Shown: positions 40,872 through 53,849 of the stretch, piece after piece | Layout of the letters: every line of letters begins with the position of its first letter | How positions within the stretch are numbered: the first letter of the stretch is position 1 | Assembly: GCF_006345805.1 (NCBI RefSeq) | Contig: NC_043011.1 | Span: 63,748,464-63,812,463 of the forward strand | DNA: 64,000 nt | Direction: 5' to 3' | Source: Octopus sinensis | Lineage: Eukaryota | Made by a program: the position numbers and the translations under genes | Notes under the pieces: generated by a model | The model's database searches: none | Told to the model about the DNA's origin: nothing | What the model saw: the letters and a program-made list of their open reading frames with translations, nothing else

Positions 40872-40960
40872 CTTGGCAGAGTAGTACATAAATCCTATCG
40901 AAGTAATCCGAACAGCCATGGTTTACTTTTGCTAAACAGGAAGAAAAATATTCAACACGC
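40872..40960 (-). CDS. Paralog P3 exon 3: RVEYFSSCLAKVNHGCSDYFDRIYVLLCQ
   Basis: Acceptor ttttttttttcag|G and donor G|gtgtgt. 89 nt, phase 2 to 1; shares EYFSSCL with P2. Confidence 0.88.
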
Positions 40961-41266
40961 CTGAAAAAAAAAATGAAAAAAACATAGGGTAATATATAAG
41001 AGAATATATACAATATTGTACCATACAAAGTCTTTTACTTCAGCCATTACTAAAATTGACGAACAGAGGAGAGGTACTGCAAAAGAGGGACGCAATAAAT
41101 AACAGCTTTACCGTATACTATGATGGCTGAGGATTGAGTGACGAGGTTCTAGCGGTGGAAGCCAGGATTACAACTATTTTGTTACACAGAGAATTAGATA
41201 GATAGGTAGATAGATAGATAGATAGATAGATACATACATACATACATACATACATACATACATACA

Positions 41267-41300
<34 letters not shown>

Positions 41301-41755
41301 CATACAGTTTAATATTGAATTTGTTTGAAGCAGTTCGAAAAACGAACGGAAGTGCTAAGAAAGACATTCTCCAAATTCTAACTGCCATTTGTTTTCAATA
41401 TACAGTATCTGTAGACCACTTCAAACATAATATACATACACACACGCACACACACACACACAAACACACACACATACACACATACACACACGCATAATAT
41501 TCGAGTACATATACGTACAGATATATATAAACTTTTCCTTCCGGTCTTTCAAAATGTGACCTCGTGTGTACCTTTGGCGATTTTTTTCCCTCTGTCTTCC
41601 CTTCTCTGGATCTTTCTTTCTCCTATGTTTCCGACGAAGAGCGCCGCTCGAAACGTTAAACCCTCCGTCTTCCCTTCTTTCCTGAGCGTCCAATAATACT
41701 ATATTTGTTCCACGTCCACGCGTTAATGTGTTTTTTTGTGCTTTCTTGTTTGGAT

Positions 41756-41831
<76 letters not shown>

Positions 41832-42594
41832 TGTGTACACATATATATATATACACACACACATATATACATACACATATACATGCTTCGGTTGAGGACG
41901 AACACAGAAATACACACACATACATGCTTTTATACTTATGAATGTGTTTCTGTGTTTTTATAAATATATGTATAATTTACATTATGTTGAATCATCAATG
42001 TCTAAACATTTTCTACTCACCGTATCTTCTGTTCCCTCTCAATGCTTTCTGTGGAAGAACGCGGGCTCGAAATGTCAAAGTCTTTTCTATACTTTGTGAA
42101 AGTTAACCGAATATAATGCTTGTTATTCCTTCACCTATCTCCGCTTTCTGTTGCATTTTAACTTGACTATAATATATATATGTCCATCTACCAAACCAAC
42201 TAAAAAGGCTTTAGTCGAACTGAGGCTATACTAAAAGGCTCTCCAAATTTGACCTGAGTGGCATTTGAACTCAGAGCGTAAAACCAAGAGAAATGCTGCT
42301 CAGAAATTTGTTCAACGAATGTGCCAACCCGTCGATCTCTTTATTCTTGCAATATGGTTAGAAGAGAGGATTGAGAATTATAAAATGCAACATAACATAT
42401 ACAAATCTGCAAGACTCATTAGGTTTAGCAGTCAAGGACTAAAGTGTTTGTGCACTAACTTTTAAAATACCTCTTTATTCTTTAGAATTAATACATAAAA
42501 ACTATTTTGTTTTAATTTATGATTTCATACCATTTACAAAACTAGAAAAATATAGACTGTTATAGAAAAAAGTTATAAGAAAACGTATATTTAC

Positions 42595-42694
42595 TTGCAG
42601 TACGAATTCTCGTCGTCTTCCTCGGGTGACATATCCATAGATTTTGAGCACATATCCTTGGCTTTTTCGGGGCAGCTACCATCCGCTGTGATCC
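42595..42694 (-). CDS. Paralog P3 exon 2: (G)ITADGSCPEKAKDMCSKSMDMSPEEDDENSYC(K)
   Basis: Acceptor caattttag|GG and donor AA|gtaaat. 100 nt, phase 1 to 2, C-x7-C-x16-C. Confidence 0.88.
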
Positions 42695-44519
42695 CTAAAA
42701 TTGTTAAGACTTTTCTGAAATCACTTCGTAACACTGATACAGCATTCGACGTAGACTTAGCACATTGTAATTTAATCAACTGTAACTTTTGAAAATAATG
42801 AATAGCATTTGGCATTTTAGAATTTTAAATGAGTGGAGTCTTGTGCTTGTGTAATGCATTTTCTCACGAGGCCTAGAAATATTGAAATGCCATGAATTGT
42901 ATTCTGTGTTGTTATCATATGCATATATTAATTGAATACATAAATCTTTTTACTGTATATACAATACCTGGAATTTTGGGGAAAGAGGCAAAGACAAACT
43001 CGGCGGAATTTGAAACATCTTTGGAATAACCTCATACATATGGTGATTATTCTATATATTTTGTTTTCCTTTATCATCGTATTTCGAAAGTATAATTTTA
43101 TATTAAGTGGTACATAGACAGCTGAGACATTTAATAGTTGAAAGCGTTTCAACAATGTGGGGTTGCTGAATACCATTTAAATGTGAAAACGTATTTAACT
43201 TCGTACTATCTCTGGGAAAAAAAACTTTGAAAACGATGACATAAACATATGAAAACGTACATCCATCCATCCATCCAGATATGCATTCGTACATTCGTCT
43301 ATACATACGTACGTACAACGAAGCCTCAAATAGCATGATAGGTGGGCAAGACTCTCCGTATATCGATGAACCCTTTCTTCGACTTCGCACAACTGAGCCC
43401 TATTAATTACTGGATAATCCTCAGATTATATCTTCTGGAGGCGGAGTAGCATTTATGTAGTCACTGAGGAATATAAAATCCTGATAAAAAAATATGGGCC
43501 TCATGTATTAAAACATCGGCTGACAAATATGTTTGAAGTACAAGTGTTCATACATTCATTCCGATTCTTTGACTCGACTTGTGATGAGATCTGAGGAATT
43601 GTGAAAACTAGATCGATACTCTACTACATATGACAATCTTAACAACATTGATGTAGAACGTCGTTTCCTAAAACAAAACCAAGGTGTCTGAGGCTTTACA
43701 TCTCTCGAGACGGTTTCTGGATATCCTATCATAACCCTGTAGCTACGAATTGAAACACCAAGTGCAAATGTGCATCGTTTGACCAAGGTTGCATACATGA
43801 GGAGGCAGATGACTTATTCTATGACTGCTAACACCAATATATAACTACAGGAGTTGCACGATTCTATTGCAGCATGACACGAGACGAAAGGATGAGAGCA
43901 TATCAGCAAAACACCATGCATGAATATGTTACCACAAAATTCCGGTATGAAAGCAGCGTCGATTATCAAACTAGTCTTTTCTGAAGCAATAGCTGGATAC
44001 CTAATATTCACTTTCAGAATTATGCATTTACAATTTAAGAAAAGTTGTGAAGCAAGCAGCGAATATATCATCCACATCATAATCAGTTGCACGAAAATGC
44101 TTTCGTATTATTTGCTACGGAGTGTCATGATGTTGTTGCCAAGACACTATGATATGAAATCCGTCGGAACGATTAACCTAATGTGTTTTGCAGTGTGGTA
44201 GAGACGATAGCCTCAAAAATGAGAAAAGTCACTGTGTGCAAACCTCAGTAATATGTGAACATAAAACGCGAGGCAATGATTTTCGAGAGGAAAGAGATTA
44301 TATAGAGAAATGAAAGTCACTTCTCCAGATGTCAATATAAAGCTAAAAATCAAGGAAAAAGCAAATATATGCTAAAATCACGAGAAATGGTATTTCAGCC
44401 GTGTTATAGTATTTGAAGTGGTTATTGTGGCATTAGCGTTTGTTATCAAGTGCTACAGCACCTATAATGAGAGATGAGGATTAGCAGAAATGGAAATAAC
44501 ATACCCTCAGGGGCTGTAT

Positions 44520-44603
<84 letters not shown>

Positions 44604-44829
44604 CAGATGAAGATAGAGAGACAGAGAGGGGGGGAGAATAAGGCAAAGATGAAGAAATAGATGAAGAGATAATGAATCAGAGTAAAAGTAAGGGAATTTG
44701 AGAGTAAAACAGAAATGAAGCGGAAGAATTGATGAGTTATGTCAAAAGAAAAGGCGAAAAGGCGAAAGGATGCGACGTGAGAAATTCTGAAGAGAAAGAA
44801 GAAGAAGAGTGTTTTTCACAGTTACTTAC

Positions 44830-44869
44830 CAATAACAAAAAGAGCTAACAAAAGAAAGATGGTTTTCAT
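44830..44869 (-). CDS. Paralog P3 exon 1: signal peptide MKTIFLLLALFVI(G)
   Basis: ATG AAA ACC ATC TTT CTT TTG TTA GCT CTT TTT GTT ATT G|gtaagt. 40 nt, phase 1. Confidence 0.88.
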
Positions 44870-44927
44870 CTTGATTGAATCCTGTTTAGTGGAAAATATG
44901 CTCATGTAAGGATTTAATACATGCAAG
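44858..44927 (-). promoter_or_regulatory. P3 core promoter/5' UTR block (TATTAAA 44919-44913)
   Basis: 70 bp identical to 30444-30513. Confidence 0.5.
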
Positions 44928-45381
44928 GGAAGACTAATCAAATTTTGCAGCTTTAGTTTCTAAAACGATGTAAGCATTCGTTATTTGTGACGTATGAGGG
45001 TTTGTTTTTATGTTGTTGCTATTCTATATAGTTCTACGGATGTATGTGTTTTTTTTTATGTTAGATTATTTATTTTTTAAACAGTAATTCTATTTTCAAT
45101 CAATATAATTAGGACATTGAAAATATGTATGTTCATATATACGGTGTATGACGTAGGTGGGCGCATTATTATATACGTATCAAAAGAATTTTCTGATCTA
45201 TATTTAGGAGAAGGGAATTATGTACGTTATTTACATTTTTTTAATATTTGACGGATATTTGTCCTCATCTCCTTTGTTGTTAACGCAACGTTTCGGCTGA
45301 TACACGCTGCAGCCTTCATCAGGGGTCTTAGGGAAATGTCGTATCTGTGTTCTCATCCCTGAGGTATTTTTGATGTTGTTG

Positions 45382-45421
<40 letters not shown>

Positions 45422-46031
45422 CCTCTACGCCAAATGTTCGTGGACAGTTGTGGCAAAATGTTTCTGTTTATATTCGTAAACAATCGTAGTTGATATATAT
45501 ACATGTTTATATATATGTGTGTGTGTGTGCACACGCACGTATGTTCTGTGTATACGTATAAAAATGTGATTATCACTCGCTGAGGACGGGTACACACCCA
45601 GAAACTCGAGTCTGTGTGTATGGCATCAGGCTAGGGATGGGAGCGATAACCTCACCTCACAAATGCTAATCGGACACAAGATGTGTTTCGTTAGCCAGCT
45701 GGGAGAGATGTATTCCTGAGGTTATAAAGGCCAGTAGCCCTCTCCCGTATAGGACGCTGCACTTTGTCGGCAATTATATGTTAAGATGTTTGTTCCTTCT
45801 CGAGCCATGTCTGGCTGCTCATAAAGGTCGGTTTCCCGGTTTCCTTGGCGTATAGGATCCCTACCTGTATCGGACGCCGGTCTGTCGTAGGTGAGCTGCA
45901 AGATACAGAAGGAAAGAGTGAGAGAAAGTTGCGGCGAAAGAGTCAGCAGAAGTTTGCCATTACTTTCTGCAGGAGCCGCGTGCAGCTTAGGTGTTTCGCT
46001 CATAAACGCACACATCGCCCAGTCTGATACA

Positions 46032-46105
<74 letters not shown>

Positions 46106-46310
46106 TATATTTGTATTTATACTTGCGTTATACTGTTAAGAACGTACTGTATATAGCTCGACCAGCTTCAAGTTTCACCCTGTGATATCCTGTAGTAGTA
46201 TTATAAGTACTTCTATATTTGCGTTTTTGCATCTGACGTGGGTGAACAGATAATTGAAAACAGTTTGAGTCAAGAAGTATGGAGTACTCCATATGGTATA
46301 CCATGTTTTC

Positions 46311-46345
<35 letters not shown>

Positions 46346-46367
46346 TGTATGTATGTATGTATGTATG

Positions 46368-46438
<71 letters not shown>

Positions 46439-46439
46439 G

Positions 46440-46537
<98 letters not shown>

Positions 46538-47540
46538 TATATATGTATGTATGTATGTATATATGATTGTTTCCTTGTATATACATAAATATATATACAA
46601 GGAAACTGAAGCTGCGTATATATATATTCATATATGCAGCTTCAGTTACCTTAATTATAAATTCCCGTCACAAGACACCGGGTGACCTAGAGGTAAATAC
46701 GTTAGCCCGATGTTTCACACTGTGGGACTGAATTCAGAACCACGTGACCGGAAACAAACATCTGACGATGTAGCCGCACCTAAGGCACCAATAGAGAGCC
46801 ACACCATATAAGCTCGATCGTACATTTAGGTGTAGATATAAATACATAAAAAAAATGATTAAGTGCAAACACACACTAAAACAGCCATATACATTTGAGT
46901 GCGCGCGCGTGTGTAGTGTAGTTAATGCACATTCGTTATAAGAATCAGTTGTTGACATTGCATGCTTCTCTAGTGTCATATGATTAAATTTAACAATGAT
47001 AATTTCTGTAACAGACGCGGGAAAATACAACGGGTATCATTATTTATAGATTAAAAGAGGAAAAAAACTTAGGAGACGACATCCGCGTTTGTATAAATAT
47101 TTATAATGGAGTAATTATTTATTAAATATAAAATGACAATTATATCTTTCTAGATGAAGCGGTGAAACCTATCTCTTGACAGATTTCCATCATTGTGTCG
47201 AGAGTTATATATGTTGGATTCCCACGATGATGCTATTCGACATAGTAAATTCTGAATTTATTATTAATCACTTGTTAGAATTCCGCAGTTTAATAGTCTC
47301 TGATATCCGATATCCCAAATAGTATTATAACTTTGCATACACATTTCGCATTTCATTAAATTAAGACAATTATTGGTGAAGTCCATAAAAACGGCCACAC
47401 TAGACTTCTTTAAAAAGAATCAGTGAGACAACATGGAGACAAGATCTTATTAGTTATTAATGTTTCGGATCCATAGTTGCATGCAAGAAATACGGAAGGC
47501 TCCGGAAAGATGACACGTATTACAATGAATCATCTTTCAC

Positions 47541-47551
47541 TTATGGAAACC
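47541..47551 (-). CDS. Paralog P4 candidate terminal exon (G)FP*
   Basis: gttggtttgaag|GG TTT CCA TAA. The downstream sequence shares the exact 18-mer atcttgtctccatgttgt with the P2 putative 3' UTR. AATAAA near 47257-47262. Confidence 0.35.
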
Positions 47552-47934
47552 CTTCAAACCAACGCAACATGAAATTTAATAAATACTAATAAATATGTAA
47601 TGTTTCTAATTTATTGACATTCGATAGTTCCACGACCGAATGGGTTTAATAATTAATATGTGGTTTCATGAAAGTGAATTTATGGGGACGAATAACATCG
47701 TTACAGGATCGGATCTCTGAACTTGTATAAAAGGTTCACTAAATTCAGTATCGTCATTATACAACACTACTCGAAACATGTGTACCACTTTCTCTCTCTC
47801 TCCCTCTCTCTCTCGTCTAACTCTACCTCTCTTTCCTCTCATTCTCTCTGTCTTTCTGTTAACGCACACGCATACACACACACACCTACCCACACAAATA
47901 TATAAATATCGGAATGCATAGCTAGCTAGCTAGC

Positions 47935-47996
<62 letters not shown>

Positions 47997-48660
47997 TGTT
48001 TCTTTATTAGCCACAGAGGGCTGCACACAGATAGAACAAATTACAAGGTAGACCTTTTCTTTTGAAGGTTTAAAAAAAAAAAAAAAAGGAAGGGGGAGTT
48101 TCGATCAAAAGGGATCATAAAAGGAGAGAAAGAGGACAAAAAAAAGGGGGGGTTTAAAAAAAAAAAGGGGGGAGAGGAAAAAAAATTGATCAATGGGGAA
48201 CGTTATCACAGAAATGTCAATATGAAGTGTAAAGGGGAGGACAGGTGAGGTTTACCCGTGGAAAGAAAAGCCTACGGAAAAGACCACGGTAACCTCGGTC
48301 AATGAAGTCACATTTTAATTTTTTTTTTTTTTTTTTTTTTTTTTTGCAAATAAGCAACTCTCTGTTTTCGATTTCTGGGTTCATAGGACTATGCTCAAGG
48401 TGGCTTCGTCATTCATACGTGCCATTCTTGCTACATTCACCCATCTTTTTTTAAAACATTCGCTAGACAAAACTTGCCTCTCTACTCTCACTTTCCTTTT
48501 CAAGTGGTACTTGAAGAAGTTGATGAGAGATTGACCAGAGAGGAAAGTGTTTGTCTCCAATCCTTTCAGACGCGTCCACCAGATACATTCTTTCGCCATA
48601 GCCACAAGGATGATGAAAATAGCTCTTCCTTCCGGTTTGAAGGAAGGAGGCGTGACAATA
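47997..48660 (-). mobile_element. 5'-truncated L1/Tx1-like LINE 3' end inside a (GATA)n array
   Basis: AKECIWWTR...FFKYHLKRKVRVERQVLSSECFKKRW resembles Tx1/L1 ORF2 C-termini. 3' UTR ends in AATAAAG; (GATA)n at 47937-47995 and 48663-48741. Confidence 0.65.
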
Positions 48661-48661
48661 T

Positions 48662-48742
<81 letters not shown>

Positions 48743-49619
48743 GTAGGAAATTAAATAAATGTGCAGAAAACAAAATATCATGCAAGTAATGTCATAATAT
48801 AATTCCTAAAGACGGAAAGCTGGAAGAATCGTTAGCACACCGAGCAAAATGTTTAGCACGTTCCGAGTTCAAACGGCGCTGGGGCCGATTTCGTCTTTCA
48901 TTCTTTCAGGGTCGATAAAATAATTACGAACTGAGCACTGATTTCAATGTAATCTACTTCGCCCTTCCTCTGAATTTGCTGGTTTTCAGCCGAAATTTGA
49001 AAGCATCACCGAATGTCTTGTTATGTTTGTGATCTATAACATTCAGTGAGTAGAGATTTTTCAGAGATTTACTTGCAGAATAGAACTATTATTGTCTGAC
49101 TATTTAACAATCCTTTTAACAGTTTATGGTTGCAATATTGACAAATTAAAAAGGCTGCGATCTGGCAGAAACGTCTGCACGCCGGGCGAAATGCGTAGCA
49201 GTATTTCGTCTGCCGCTACGTTCTGAGTACAAATTCCGCCGAGGTCGATATTGCCTTTCATTCTTTCGGTGTCGATAAATTAAGTACCAGTTATGCACTG
49301 TGTTCAATATAATCGACTTAATCCGTTTGTCTGTCCTTGTTTGTCCTCTTTGACAAATCAATAGTAAATGAATCAAGACCTCAAAGAAAATGCAGGAATA
49401 GAATAACTGCATTTAAAGTAGACTTCACGAAATTGTTTTTCACAAATTATATTCAGCATTAATACAAAGTGTAACCCGTCACAAATAAGCAAGTACTTTC
49501 TGGACTATTTATTTTCGCCAGTACTACATAAAAGTGCGGTATATTTTAAAATAACTATGATGTAGATATATAAATATATAGATATATATGTAGATATATA
49601 TATATAAACATAACCTATG

Positions 49620-50620
49620 GCGAATGATAGACAACTCAAAGACGAATTAGTTAAGAAATTTTTCCTCCCGCCTCGAATTCTTTTGGGGCAATGCCAACCA
49701 GATATATGTGCTTGGTATTGGACTCTGTGCCGGAGACATTGTCTCAGTATGCTCAAGAAGTTCTCCCACGTACGATCTTCAGCAACCTGGTTCACGCGCG
49801 ATACCTCTAATCGCTACCACTCACGCTGCCATCACGCCTGTTGCAGTACCTTCCTTCTATTCTGGACTTTTCTCTCACTGATATTTTACTAAATCAAGTT
49901 GATTCTACCCTAATTGCCCCTGTCAGAGCAAATACCATCAGTTGTTCACCACTGACCACCTAACAAAAAACGGCTCCTTAAATAATTCTCTTATCCGGCC
50001 TCCTTAAGAATGGCGCGTCGGGTGTGACACGTTCAGTATCCAGTAACCAGATGCCAGCCTGTGGATTCTAAATGAACCAAATTTGTTATCTGTGTAGACG
50101 AAAGTTTTAACCGCTGGCCTACAGGATACTCTGACTAGATACCTAAATGATCTAATGCGGTTCATACGTGTCCACACTGGCATATTCGAGAAATCCAGTG
50201 GGTACATGAGAGATAGATGGAAATGTGTGAGCATTTTTACGAGGCACCTCAGCTCCCTTAATCTCGACAAGCCTCCAGCCGAGAAATGTTCTATTTAACC
50301 ATAATTTCTCAATTTTGAGGGATGTCGTATTTTCTGTGGTTAATTCTTCAGTTGGGATTCTTACCTCAACTGTTCCAAATCGTATCCTTAGTATGACAAA
50401 AGTATCTAAACCCCAGATCGTTCTCAAGCATTGTTCGACCTGGGTCTGTATCGCTTGTTCCAGTTTCAATGTTTTTAATAATACGTACTTAAATAAAATG
50501 TATTTTGCCTTAGTGTCTTCTTGCTCTTCCTGTGGTGTCTTAAAGAACTCTGTCCTGCCCTTCTTTAATAAGTGCATTTTAGCGTCGCTCAACATTTTTC
50601 TGTCAATTCGACTTTCTCCA
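49620..50620 (-). mobile_element. Probable decayed non-LTR ORF1-like region
   Basis: Broken GC-richer ORFs 50152..50595, 50004..50270 and 49505..49795 with no splice context; family not recognised. Confidence 0.3.
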
Positions 50621-51679
50621 TTTTCATACAGGCTTATTTGAAAGAGTTCCTATTCTGCTTAATTATATATTTCTTTACTACCCACAAGGGGGTAAACATA
50701 GAGTGGACAAACAAGGACGGAGAAGGGATTAAGTCGGTTACATCGAGCCCAGTACGTAACTGGTACTTAATTTATCGACCCCGGAAGGATGAAAGGCAAA
50801 GCCGACCTCGGCGGAATTTGAACTCACAACGTAACGGCAGACGAAATACCGCTAGGCATTTGGACCGGCGTGCTAACAGTTCTGCCAGCTTACCGCCTTA
50901 CTCTGCTTAATTATATGAACTAACGTTGTTGTTTTTTTTTTTTTTAATATATATATATGCTTGCGTTGGTAGTGGCGGCGGTAGCTGTGGTGTTGTTGAT
51001 CATGCTGATGGATTATGTGCTTTTTATCCTTTTATATATATCTTCCCTGTCTCTGCTGCTGCTGCTGCTGCTTCTCTTTTTCTTGTCGCTTCAATTGCTG
51101 ATGCTGTTGTTCGTGGTTCGTTTCTTGAACACATCAAGTAGTGGTGGGAAAATAATGTCACAACGTATCTTCCAACATCTATCATACCCTTTTCCCACGA
51201 TTTGGAAAGCTATACTGATACATTTTTATTTATAAATATTAAATATTCAAATTTAAATATTAAAAAGAAATTACCCTGAACGGGGGAATTCTCAGCAGAC
51301 CATCCCGCAGCGCTTACAGCGAATTAGTTAACAATACATAATAATTTGGAATACCAACTAACAAAATAAACAATTTTAAAAGGAACTTTACGAGGTATGA
51401 ACAAGGGTGTACTGCTACTAATAACATTGATACTTATTTCTACTAAAAACACAAGGCATAAAAAATTGTGAGGGGACTAATAGATTAATCGATTCCAATT
51501 TCACACTAGTGCTAAATTAATCGACATCGAAAAGATCAAAAGCAAAGTCGATCTCTGCGGAATTTGAACACAGAATGTAGAAACAGGCGAAATACTTCTA
51601 AACATTTCGTCCAGCATGCTAACAATTCAGCTAGCTCACCAACGTAACAACAACAACAACAACAACAGCAACAACAGAT

Positions 51680-51760
51680 TTCGTGCCTACAATAGTTGGT
51701 GCATTGGGAGCAGTAAGCAAAGGCATAGACAAATTGTTAAAGGAAATTGGAATAGAATGA
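51680..51760 (+). mobile_element. Short R4/Dong REL remnant
   Basis: VPTIVGALGAVSKGIDKLLKEIGIE after an (AAC)n run. Confidence 0.5.
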
Positions 51761-52695
51761 CGCGAAGGAGAAGGCGGCGCGTCGACCCCTAATGTGAACT
51801 CGGCCGATAAACGGCACCGTCCTACACTCGTCAACTACTCTTCTACAAAGTTCTGTAAATCAGCGATGCCGGGACTCTGTGTTCTGTGCATATCTCAAAA
51901 TGAGCCGGGAATCGGCCGCTACGAAGACAGCCTCGGACTATTTATAGGCAACCTTATCAACAGCTTTTGATTGATTCAAACTAATTAGTGACGTAGCAAT
52001 GCCAGGTTCATTATAATGTGGAGGTTAAAGATTTTAACGACGAACAATAATTAACACATGCATAGGCAAAGCCTATAAACCCACATATATACGAAACTCA
52101 CTTAGGTATTTGTAATAACCTACGTATACTTATTTCTTGCCATTTTATTGTTTTACGACATTAGATTGAGATGAAGCTGTGGAACAGCCCGAAGAAATTT
52201 GAGTGGAAATTTTTGAAAGCTGGTGTCTATTCTTTCACATTGTTTTGAGAAACGGCTCGGTTATAGGGACTGAAATACTCCAGCAGGCAGTGAGGGAGGG
52301 GAGAACACAGTCACCAAAGCACAAGCACGCACACACGCACGCACACACACACACACACACGCACACACACACATATATATATATTGTGGCTGAGAAGCAA
52401 AATTCTTACGCCAAGCCTAATTATTGACAATTTCTGTCTACCAGCGTTTCTCAAAAAAATATGTTTGCAGATGTTAGGTTTTTTTTCTTTTCTGTACGTG
52501 TTGCTGCGATTAACGAGCTCTTGTATGTTGTCTGCCGTATGTGATTACCATCGCGTTTATCGACTAATTATATTTATTTAATGCACAAATGTGTTTCATT
52601 TTCAAGACTGAAGATATTTTGAATTTCAAATTTCAACATTTGGAACAAATATAAATTATGAATAGACGGATGAAGTAGATATTGATTGAAACATT

Positions 52696-52760
52696 TTATT
52701 TTATTACATTTTGTATTTGTGTTTCCGTTTTCAGAACTACATGTTTGCTTGAAACTGGAT
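52696..52760 (-). CDS. Paralog P4 alternative candidate terminal exon (D)PVSSKHVVLKTETQIQNVIK*
   Basis: Strong acceptor cttttttctattttgcag|AT, phase 1 open for 21 aa, AATAAA overlapping the stop. No homology seen to the P2/P3 ends. Confidence 0.3.
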
Positions 52761-53806
52761 CTGCAAAATAGAAAAAAGCTAATGATTATCGAGATGTTTA
52801 TCATGCAGATGATGTTTTGTATTTGAAAAGCAGCGGCTAATCTAATTGATTATTACGGTTTATAATTTAATCATATAATTTCTTCCAGTGTTGCATTACA
52901 ATTTCCTTGTATCAATAAGAAATCAATTACGTAACAGTGGCATCAGACACACGTGTTGTGTCATATATTATAGTTGCAGTCGTATTATAAAGTATATATA
53001 TGTGTAAGGCGACGAGCTAGCAGAATCGTTAGCTCGCCGGGCGAAATGTCTAGCGGTATTTCGTCTGATGCTACGTTCTGAGTTCAAATTTCGACTTCGC
53101 CTTTCATCCTTTTGTGGTTTATTAAATAAGTACCAGTTACGCACTGGGGGTCGGTGTAATCGACTTAATCCCTTCCCCCAAATTTGAGGCCGTGTGCTTC
53201 GAGTAGAAAGGATTATAGAGTATACAGGTTTCAAATTGATGGCCCGGTCAACATGTTCCGAGGAGAAAGCAAATGGATTACATCAGTCTTAGTATTCAAA
53301 TGGTATTTATTTTAATGAACCCAAAGAATAATAGGCAAAGTCGGCCTCGGCGTATTTGAACTCTGAACGTAAGGACGGACGGAATGCCGCTGAACAATCT
53401 GCCCGGCAAGGCGACGATTCTGTCACATCGCTGCCTTCGTACTATTGATTATGTTGGTTTCAAGTTTCGACTCAGGGCCGGTAAATTTCCGGTGTGGCAT
53501 AAGTCGGTTAGACCGGCACCAGTGCTCAACTGGTATTTATTATATCGACCTCGAATTGATGTACGGTTGAGTATAACATTGCTTTGCCGTAAATTTTACA
53601 TCATAATTTGTCATTTTAAAACAATTTTTATTACTGTTAATGTGAAACGTTGTGGGTTATTTTTTTTTTTTTCTGGTGATACAACATCGTTGCTGAAGAT
53701 GTAATTTTGTGATCATACTCTCTTACTGAAATGTAACTGAAATGAAAGCATCAGAGGTAAACATTTCCAAAAATATATAGCGTACATATCGTACAGACGA
53801 AACGTA

Positions 53807-53849
<43 letters not shown>

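Larger units (their letters stand above)
35680..45500. repeat. Segmental duplication copy B (contains P3)
   Basis: Colinear with copy A but lacks the CR1 and Penelope insertions that expand intron 2 of P2. Boundaries approximate. Confidence 0.85.

Noticed and set aside
43330-44480. Conserved, coding-looking block shared with 27200-28400
   Set aside because: Many frame-breaking indels between copies and no frame open in both; it is intron 1 of P3/P2.
49070-49160. TGCAA|gtaaat motif resembling the exon 2 donor of P3
   Set aside because: No acceptor at 100 nt and wrong Cys spacing.
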